Positions 14,051-22,096 of a stretch of 64,000 nt of DNA are shown piece after piece. Position numbers and translations under genes: made by a program. The stretch comes from Acanthaster planci (taxonomy: Eukaryota), in NCBI RefSeq assembly GCF_001949145.1, contig NW_019091358.1, forward strand, positions 620,961 through 684,960, written 5' to 3'. The first letter of the stretch is position 1. Every line of letters starts with the position of its first letter. Under the pieces are notes generated by a model. The model did no database searches. It was given only the letters and a program-made list of their open reading frames with translations, and had not been told where the DNA came from.

Positions 14051-14242
14051 CTCATTCGGGAAAAACACTGCGATCACTGAGAAAGTCAGCCATGCTGTGA
14101 ACGTCCCCAACGCCGCACAGACAAAGGTGGCCTTTTTGTGGAAAGTTGTCTCTTCTTTCTCACTGCTTTCATCGTTTGGGGCAGCAGATTCACTTGGTAA
14201 CACTGCATCTTCCGAATTGTTTTCAGTCATCCTGATCGTCAT
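14051..14242 (-). CDS. SLC18B1: SLC18B1-like MFS transporter, coding exon 1 (MTIRMTENN...AWLTFSVIAVFFPNE)
   Basis: ATG at 14242; 192 nt (phase 0) ending at a GTGAGT donor. The TM1 segment ...FSVIAVFFPNE|AKARG resembles the SLC18B1 YSILGPFFPKEAEKKG motif. Confidence 0.85.
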
Positions 14243-14584
14243 CGGTTGATGTTACGAGCATACTAACTCTGCCAGTTGCCTGCTGGTCAGAAGTACACCA
14301 ATTTACATCTTTGTCTTAAACTACTCACAGCGATTAGATCGGATCATGGAGGTTTCCCCCTCCTCCATGCACTGATCTTCCATTGCCGGTTTCCAGACAG
14401 GCAGAGTAATGTACGGCTCGGACAAGTGTTCCATACTATCGTACTCCGTATGATACAAAGTTGCGCCAAAACAAATAAAATATGTCGAAGGTGGATTTGT
14501 GCGGGGGAGATGGCATTGATGTTGGATTTTTACCCTGCTCGACGTTTATTTTAACCCTGTATACTGCCCCCAAAGTTGTTCGCA

Positions 14585-14790
14585 GTACCCGCTGCTACAT
14601 CTGATTCGAACCAGCCAGCCGACACCGGTAAGCTCGGTGGTAGAGAGTGGTTAAGACGTCTACGCTAGTAAGCAGGAGGTCGTGGGTTCGAGTCCCACCC
14701 GAGTGCCCTTTTTTCACAAGCTTTCTGGGAAACACACTGAGTATACAGTGTTAAAATACACGTCGGGCAGGGTAAAAAAATCTAAAATTA
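14585..14790 (+). mobile_element. tRNA-derived repeat family A copy, just upstream of the SLC18B1-like gene
   Basis: GTACCCGCTGCTAC...GGTTAAGACGTCT...GTGGGTTCGAGTCCCACCCGAG, homologous to the other family A copies. Confidence 0.8.
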
Positions 14791-14919
14791 TACAAAATAT
14801 GGTCTACTCAATTGCATTTTGGTTTCCGTCAGGAGGAGCTAATATCAAGGGACTCAATCACCACCCACGACATCACAGCAGTACTCACAAACGTAAATGC
14901 AGAAAGCCTCAACAATAAG

Positions 14920-15372
14920 CCACTTCGTACTTACCGCATGTATGCTCCACTGGAAACTAGGGCAAGGGTCATTTGTACATAAACAGAATCGCTTCACCGA
15001 GCGTCCTGAGCGAGCGCCCTTCTTTAATTTGATATTCGTTTGTGTAGTGAATGTTAAGCGCGCAATTCAGCTAGAGCTTCAATTTTGATCAATTCTTTTC
15101 AGGCTTCGGTTACATTTTTATCATTTTTCAATTGATGAAATTTGTCTGTGGACTGTGGCCCAATCGAAAGAGTTTTTAAAGACCAATATGTTCCACATGC
15201 AGTACTTGGATTAGTCAACACTTAATCAACCTTGTATACAATTACCGGATAGTTTAAACGATCATTGTATCAACAGCAATCCATTCGCGACACACACAAG
15301 CTATATGTACATTATGTACAAATGACCCTTGCAAAAGTTCATTCGCTCATGCGCAGTTCGTAATTACGAAGG
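14920..15372. mobile_element. MITE-like element with imperfect terminal inverted repeats
   Basis: GCAAGGGTCATTTGTACATA (~14962) versus TATGTACAAATGACCCTTGC (~15313); outer CTTCGTA / TACGAAG ends. Confidence 0.55.
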
Positions 15373-15464
15373 CGTAAATTGTGTTACACCAGAATTGATT
15401 TTTGGCTTTTCCACATTGCATGCATTGCAGAAAAGCCTTTTTTGTCAAGATTTCTCAGCAGTTT

Positions 15465-16483
15465 TTAGCAACAGCTGAAACAGCTCTCAGCTTTCAAACC
15501 GAGTTTCTTCAATACATTGGCCAAATTCCATAACTGACGCTTTATCCAATCGGTTACACCCTTTGGTTTAGGTTCGGGTGTCGGTTCTGGCGTTGGACTT
15601 ACACTAGGATTTCCGGCAGCTCTAACGCTAGCTACGATGCTACTAACAATGGTACTTACGGCTAGTGAAAAAGCCGTTAAAATACTTACGATTGTAACGC
15701 CTTGCTCGCGAAATATCGTTCGAATCTTATCACCTAGGGTGTCATCTGACTGTAAAGCGTAATTAATTAAATCTTTAATTGGCAATATTTGTCTTTTGAG
15801 TTGACCGTTTAATATACCTCTTTGAGCTTGTAGTCCTTTGAGTTGGTCTTGTAATTCACGCAAACGAGCTGAATCTTTAGAGGTGTCAAGACGACTTATT
15901 TCTTCTTGAATTCCAATAATTTTAGCTTGATTTAATCGTCTTGCCCCTCGTAATGTTTGCAATTGTTTATCTAATCCTCGAAGCTCTCTATCATTTAAAC
16001 CCTCGGTTTGCGCTATTTCATTCTTCGTAAGCTCGGTGACGACGTCGCTAACTTCACCCGATGCTTCCTCGATGTCTTCAGTTTAAATGGCGTTTAATTT
16101 TGATCGTGCTTGTTCAGTTTTTTTCTGGTAATCCCAGAACCCGAGTTCCTCGCGAATAAATTTTGATCCACTTCGAAATCCAGCTTTTCTAGCGCGTTTT
16201 GCTATTGTGTCTAGCGATGCAAATTTTCTCGGGTTACGTTCGTCTGTAAGTAATATCTTACCGGATCCTATTACATTTTTGTAACATAGACCTTCTTTTG
16301 AGTCTATTACATTTGTCTGGCTTTTAGTGATGTATTCGAAATTCCGTCCGCCGTTGTACCTTCTATAAAGGACGTTTCTTCTTGATCTGGAAATAAGTTA
16401 TCGTCGACGAAATCTTGGTCGTTTATTTTTTTATCTTGATCTTCCAAGAGATGTATTTCCTCTGGATCAAATCCTTCGGCCAT
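15465..16483 (-). pseudogene. Polinton accessory protein (acidic N-terminus with EETSF, coiled coil, TM segment, amphipathic helix); disrupted and C-terminally truncated
   Basis: Starts MAEGFDPEEIHLLEDQDK...EETSFIEG at 16483. After stops and frameshifts it continues ...DDTLGDKIRTIFREQGVTIVSILTAFSLAVSTIVSSIVASV...PEPTPEPKPKGVTDWIKRQLWNLANVLKKLGLKA. Confidence 0.7.
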
Positions 16484-16489
16484 TTTACT

Positions 16490-16702
16490 TTAACTTAGCC
16501 AACCCTGGGTAGCTAACGCCCCTCTAGACATCGCGGTCAATTTTAACGCGTCTTCGATAGATAATTTATTTAGATCGGGCGGTTTGATTTTAAACAGCTT
16601 GCTCGATAGCATAGCGTAACCCATGGAGATCGCTGAAACTACAGCGCCGTGGTAAACCGTGTTGGCAATTCCGTTTACGTCGATTGATTTAGCGTTACTC
16701 TT
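16490..16702 (-). pseudogene. Small hydrophobic Polinton protein (~70 aa), start codon apparently mutated
   Basis: Open frame SNAKSIDVNGIANTVYHGAVVSAISMGYAMLSSKLFKIKPPDLNKLSIEDALKLTAMSRGALATQGWLS*, packed directly upstream of the next ATG. Confidence 0.6.
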
Positions 16703-16719
16703 TAATATAACACATTTTT

Positions 16720-17127
16720 AAATTTTTTCCATATCTAAAATCTCGGGCCGCTCGCTCCGCTCGCTACGCTCGCTTTTTGGTTGAACAATTGGTTGGGTCG
16801 TTTCAACTTTCATAGGCGTTGATTTATTTTTTCCAAATTAAATATACCGCGACCGCACCAATCGCTGAGCCACCCAGGATTAAATTTTTGTTCTCTACAG
16901 CAGTTTTATAAATTTTATTTTCCAAGCTCGGTGTTTCACTGACTTCGCTTAATCTCATCTTGGCGAGCTACTGCTACATCTTGTTATTATGCTCGGCTAA
17001 TTTCTTACCTTGTTCCTCACGTCTGAGGTTTTTGGCTTTAGTTACCGTCTGAATTTGAGATTTTACCAGGCTGTTCGCTGGGGTTGGTGTTTGACTCACT
17101 TCGTTCGCTTCTTCCGTGGTTGACATC
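16720..17127 (-). pseudogene. Polinton small protein with basic helix and C-terminal TM segment, internal stop
   Basis: MSTTEEANEVSQTPTPANSLVKSQIQTVTKAKNLRREEQGKKLAEHNNKM*QLAKMR...NLILGGSAIGAVAVYLIWK; overlaps the 3' end of the 191-aa ORF. Confidence 0.6.
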
Positions 17128-17613
17128 CTCTTTTATAATAACAGAACTCTTGTTGAGCTCCAGATGCTTAGTCGTAATTAACGCAGCTGCCAATGGTGAT
17201 AAATAGACTCCGTATTTACAGCAAATCTCGCTTAGTAGGTGACCCATAGTTTGACTAATGATCGGGTCGTCGTTTAAATCTTTTGTAAGCGCTTCTTCAG
17301 AATTCAAATTAATATGAAACCTGAAAAATTCGACTGGGGTGGCTATTCCGAGTAAACGCGCGTATAAGCTTACAATTGCGTGACCTAACGTATTAACGAT
17401 TTCTTTACCGAATCTAACTTCGTACAGATTGAATAGCTTTTCTTGATCTTTGGGGCTAAGCGACTCGATATCCTTTACTGAATATTCTTTACCTAAATAT
17501 TTTTTAGATTCGCCAGAGGCAGCTATCGAACAAAGGCGATCTTTTACGTTGAGCTTTGATTCTTCGGTTGATTCGCTTTTTGAATCGGCGAGAATTGATT
17601 TGATGTCTTCCAT
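17038..17613 (-). CDS. Intact 191-aa Polinton protein of unknown function
   Basis: Complete ORF with TATATAATAAA before the ATG. Motifs SGESKKYLGKEY, LYEVRFG, DLNDDPII and KYGVYLSPLAAALITTKH resemble hypothetical proteins I recall from marine-invertebrate Polintons (needs a search to confirm). Confidence 0.7.
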   Translation of the reverse strand: MEDIKSILADSKSESTEESKLNVKDRLCSIAASGESKKYLGKEYSVKDIESLSPKDQEKLFNLYEVRFGKEIVNTLGHAIVSLYARLLGIATPVEFFRFHINLNSEEALTKDLNDDPIISQTMGHLLSEICCKYGVYLSPLAAALITTKHLELNKSSVIIKEDVNHGRSERSESNTNPSEQPGKISNSDGN

Positions 17614-17864
17614 TTTATTATATACGTTTTAAAATTGTTGAATGTTTGCTTTAGACGTAAGTGCTCAAACGTGTAATAAGTTAAATTGACCGCCTTAACT
17701 AATTGAATTAGTGTTTGAACGTATTCTAACATTGCTGTTATTTGTTACAAGTAAAATAAAAAAAGCTTGAGCACGACTGTATTAGCCATACTCAAGCAAA
17801 AAATAAGTAACTAATAAATAATTTAAATTATTTTTTCAATTGATGCGAATAGGTTATGATTAGC

Positions 17865-18433
17865 TTATCGGCGTTTTTTATTATTATGGTTGTGGCAACA
17901 GAGGATACAATTTAATTCAATATGTCCAATTGTATTATTCAATCGTTCAATAGTACAGAAATCGTCCTTATTTTCTAAAAATTGCATCTTAACTTTACAA
18001 TTCAGATAAAAGCAATATCGATAATCTTCAATTAACCATCGACAAGAATCGGTATCGATAAAACGGTCGGAATCAAAGCGATTATACTTTTTATCTGATT
18101 TGCGACAATTACAAATCCACCTTCTGATCGTTACTTCAATGGGATTGTTACATGTTTTACAAAATTCTCTTTGTTTTTTATGTTTGCACATTGACGACCC
18201 GTTGCACTTGACGCATTGCCGTTTAAATTTGCCGTGTATACAAAAAGAGGATCCACCGCATTCAGAGCACATGCCTTTTCGTCTCCCGTGCGGACATCTA
18301 TTCATCTCTTGATAAAATTTTATTTTTTTTGAGACAATCGTCGCAAGTAAAATTTATCTTTCCTTTTTTTCGAATTTTAAAATTGGACAAATCTCTCTCG
18401 TTGACACTTAATGCATTTCTTGGTCTCGGACAT
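17865..18433 (-). pseudogene. Zn-finger-repeat + HNH-like nuclease ORF; 17865-18305 is open, the N-terminal CxxC segment is frameshifted
   Basis: Three CxH-x5-CxxC repeats (CPHGRRKGMCSEC, CIHGKFKRQCVKC, CKHKKQREFCKTC), then CFYLNC...TIERLNNTIGHIELNCILCCHNHN; upstream MSETKKCIKC...TCDDC begins at 18433. Confidence 0.65.
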
Positions 18434-18483
18434 CTTTATTTTTACCGTTAACCATTTTATTTTTAATATTTTCTCACAATAAT

Positions 18484-19106
18484 TAATATGAAACGGGCGG
18501 TTCAGTATTTAAAACCAGCTTGCTAAACTTTACGTCACGCAGGTGCTTTTTAATTTCCTCTCGTTTCTAGTCTGGGATTACATCGTTTTCGTCGAGACAA
18601 TGATCAAACGAATTACGATCTTTACAATGAAATAAAGCGGTCCACGCTGTATTTTCTCTAAAATCTTTAAGAACCGGATTATATTTTTGTGTGAGTAACC
18701 AGCATGAATGATTGAAGTGCCGTCCACTGAAGGCCATCCTACTTAACGCCCACGTGTTACTCGCCTTAGATTTTTTGCGATACTTAATAAACTGGTCAGC
18801 TGCGCAGTCGTCGATTATAAACAGAGTGTAAATCCCGCCGAACGCTTTTTGATAAAGTTCAATTGCTTCGTTTAACTCCAGTCTTTCTCGATCCAAGTCA
18901 AATAAACATTGTCGTCTGTGTCCGCGTAAATCCACATCCGTTCTAAATACGTTTTATTTTTAAATAGCGTGGGGCATATGATCACGATAGCTTCAAACGC
19001 AAACCTATGTTCAGTCTCTAATAAATTCAATATCCAATTTGTTTTTCCCGCTACCCATTTTACCCACGATCAAAGAGCAGTGCGGTGATTTAAACATCTG
19101 GTTCAT
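18484..19106 (-). pseudogene. A32/FtsK-like genome-packaging ATPase, frameshifted
   Basis: Walker A: PHCSLIVGKMGSGK/T (frameshift in an A-run). Walker B: LFIIDDCAAD. Arginine-finger region: SGRHFNHSCWLLTQKY. Confidence 0.9.
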
Positions 19107-19110
19107 TTAA

Positions 19111-20277
19111 TTAATACACTAGACTCTTGAAATTACCGTCTTCAACCGTTAGTTGGGCGTCCATCACCAAAAATACGTACATCGTTAAAGGTCCGCGGTT
19201 TCGGCCTCGCGCTCCATCTGAATTGTTATATCCCCTCCGCCGCCGAATGGTCTACCCGACCCGTGAGCCGAGTTATCGTCGGAGCTTTTGAAATCGAGCC
19301 ACAAGCCGTACTCATCTTTCAAATATTCAGCCATATCAACCCCGATTAAGTTTAAATCTTTTACAACGGCTCTTGCCGATTCGGTTTCCGAATCTCCAAA
19401 GTACTTGGTCACCTCGTTCCAATGTTGATACTCAAACAACCCCTGCGAGTACAATTGATTGGGCTTACCCTCGACCGTGACGACCGTTCCCGTGTGTGTG
19501 AATTGTAAAATCTTTGGGTGTTTTTAATAGCCGGGTCTCTAAACAAAACCAAAATTCATTTCAAGCTTTTGATCGTTTGATCGATGCTAATATTCCACAT
19601 GGTGTCTGATTTATTAACCGCCTGCTTCTTCCACGAGTGTATCCGGTCGAATAGGTAATAGACGAGCCCCTTATGCTTGCTCCTCAATGTTTGCGCCAGG
19701 TCTACATTGGTTACTTCTTCGTATTCTAAAGTAAGGTCTGAAATTGAGTACTCGGCCGCGGTGTCGGGCGAGTTAACCACTTTATCCTGCCCGTTAAAAG
19801 TCAATTGATACGTTAGGGGCTCTTTGAAACCCGACGGATAGAAAGACCCGTGATCAGTCAACATTGGCGTGTTGAATGGAATCGCATATCGATTTTTAAA
19901 AGCGTCGGCAATTGCTACTTTCTTTACCGTTGTTTGCGGCTTCGTTTTTATCGCCAGCCCCGAGACGCAACTTGGCCATGTTTTCCTTTTCCAAACCAAA
20001 GTACGCCATATTTTAGGTTTGCGACAGAGGCATCCCATTGTCCTTAAAATTGTGAGCTTACGTTTATTTCTGAAACCAGGTTTCTCGCCACGTTGTTGTA
20101 TACGGTTCTGTTATCATCTGAGGCGCCGTCTAGATCGAGTTTAAAAGCCAATTTTGCCGTGCCGGGTACAATTATGGTACTCGGGTTTTGGGTAATGGTT
20201 ACTTCGCGTCTTTCACCTTTGATCGCTACTTTTAGCCTGCGACTCGGGTTCAACTTTTTAGTATATTGATGGGACAT
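19111..20277 (-). pseudogene. Probable major capsid protein (double jelly-roll, hexon-like), frameshifted with internal deletions
   Basis: Three ORF pieces in register (MSHQYTKKLNPSRRL...TQNPSTI/IVPGTAKLAFK; ...YSISDLTLEYEEV...NKSDTMWNI; PNQLYSQG...YGLWLDFKSSDDNSAHGSGR...YVFLVMDAQL). Size is ~390 codons, beta-strand-like composition, directly upstream of the ATPase. Confidence 0.75.
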
Positions 20278-20305
20278 ATTACTTTTATATTATACGACTT
20301 TTAGT

Positions 20306-20519
20306 TTACTGGAAAATTTTAAAGAGGAAAGAAAACGTAATAAAGGATATGCTGGCTGCGAAAAATAGATCTTCGTATTCCTTTCTAAACGTTTCACTCT
20401 GGATTTCTAAAACCATATCACCGATGTGATCGATATCGGCACGCATGTCACCCAGCATCTGCTCGATGTTGCTTAGGTCAGATTGAATTTCCGACAGTTG
20501 ATCTTTAATTTCGCTATTC
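20306..20519 (-). CDS. 3' part of a coiled-coil protein with C-terminal hydrophobic anchor; 5' end lies in the gap
   Basis: Open frame NSEIKDQLSEIQSDLSNIEQMLGDMRADIDHIGDMVLEIQSETFRKEYEDLFFAASISFITFSFLFKIFQ*. Confidence 0.55.
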
Positions 20520-21108
20520 NNNNNNNNNNNNNNNNNNNNNNNNNNNNNNNNNNNNNNNNNNNNNNNNNNNNNNNNNNNNNNNNNNNNNNNNNNNNNNNNN
20601 NNNNNNNNNNNNNNNNNNNNNNNNNNNNNNNNNNNNNNNNNNNNNNNNNNNNNNNNNNNNNNNNNNNNNNNNNNNNNNNNNNNNNNNNNNNNNNNNNNNN
20701 NNNNNNNNNNNNNNNNNNNNNNNNNNNNNNNNNNNNNNNNNNNNNNNNNNNNNNNNNNNNNNNNNNNNNNNNNNNNNNNNNNNNNNNNNNNNNNNNNNNN
20801 NNNNNNNNNNNNNNNNNNNNNNNNNNNNNNNNNNNNNNNNNNNNNNNNNNNNNNNNNNNNNNNNNNNNNNNNNNNNNNNNNNNNNNNNNNNNNNNNNNNN
20901 NNNNNNNNNNNNNNNNNNNNNNNNNNNNNNNNNNNNNNNNNNNNNNNNNNNNNNNNNNNNNNNNNNNNNNNNNNNNNNNNNNNNNNNNNNNNNNNNNNNN
21001 NNNNNNNNNNNNNNNNNNNNNNNNNNNNNNNNNNNNNNNNNNNNNNNNNNNNNNNNNNNNNNNNNNNNNNNNNNNNNNNNNNNNNNNNNNNNNNNNNNNN
21101 NNNNNNNA
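20520..21108. other. Assembly gap inside the Polinton, at the switch between divergent gene blocks
   Basis: Run of N. Confidence 1.
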
Positions 21109-21370
21109 AAGCGTCACGACCTCGCGTTAGAGCAATTGGCGCAACAGAAGGAATCCTGGGAGCAAAACCGCGTACACATGCTAGACTTTCTGAACGAAAG
21201 AATGCAACAAGAACGCGCGAGTCAGCGTACGTTTGTAAACGTGGACGAAGCGTTACGAGCTTACAGCGAATTGACCGGTAATATATAATGCCGTTACCAC
21301 CAGAATTGTCTGATTTCTACGCGCCTTCCGAGGATAAAAAAATTCATGAGTTTGTGTGGATCTTAGGTGG
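21109..21370 (+). pseudogene. 3' part of a small coiled-coil Polinton protein, frameshifted
   Basis: KRHDLALEQLAQQKESWEQNRVHMLDFLNERMQQERASQRTFVNVDEALRAYSELTG / PLPPELSDFYAPSEDKKIHEFVWILGG. Confidence 0.6.
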
Positions 21371-22096
21371 CGACGAGAAAGCGCGGTCGATCATCTACAC
21401 GAAAAGACCGGTGCGGACAAATCAGTTATTAGAAACTGGCTAAGAAGCAGAAGAAGAAGCAGAATAAAGAAGCAGAACCGTTGACCAGTAAAACGGCCGA
21501 GCAAGTGAGCGTAGCGAGCAAACAAATTTATAAAAGGTCGCCCTTGACTTGGCCTAAAATTATAATAGTAGACTCAGGATCTGAATTTAAAGGCGAGTTT
21601 TAAAAGTTAATGGTTAATCATGGGGAACAAATTCAAGTGGGCGAGCCGGGTGTTCGTAGGTCGCAGGGGATCGTGGAAAGGTTTAACCGTACTTCAGCCG
21701 AAAGGTTATTTGGTCATCAATACGCTAAAGAAATGTTAAACGTGGGTGAGCGAAACGTGGAAATGGGTAGAACATTTGCCTCGAGTAATAAAGAAGCAAA
21801 CACCTAGTGCACCTCCAAAAGCGATTGAGCGAGAATTACCTCCAAGCGCGGTCGTTAGGTACCTCTATTACCCGGGTGAGCAAGAGGGTGGAACCCTCAG
21901 AAGGGCGACAGATCCAATTTGGTCAGTGGACGTTTATCAAGGGGAGAAGCGCACGAGCCAATTTAAACGAGTCAATGGCAAGCGGATAAAAACGGGTCCC
22001 ACTTTATATTATTTATTAAACGGGTCAAATAGGAGTTTTGTCAAAGAGGAACTTCAGGTCGTACCCGAAGATACCGAATTACCGCCCGAGTCTTAA
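21370..22096 (+). pseudogene. Retroviral-type (rve, DDE) integrase of the Polinton, with deletions, a stop and a frameshift
   Basis: KEAEPLTSKTAEQV...WPKIIIVDSGSEFKGEF*...SQGIVERFNRT (second D and E of the DDE triad); C-terminus VRYLYYPGEQEGG...RRATDPIWS...LYYL...FVKEELQVVP. Confidence 0.88.

Noticed and set aside
21288..21300. ATG after TAATATATA as the integrase start
   Set aside because: The following peptide (PLPPELSDFYAPSE) reads better as the frameshifted tail of the upstream coiled-coil gene; the true integrase start appears deleted.
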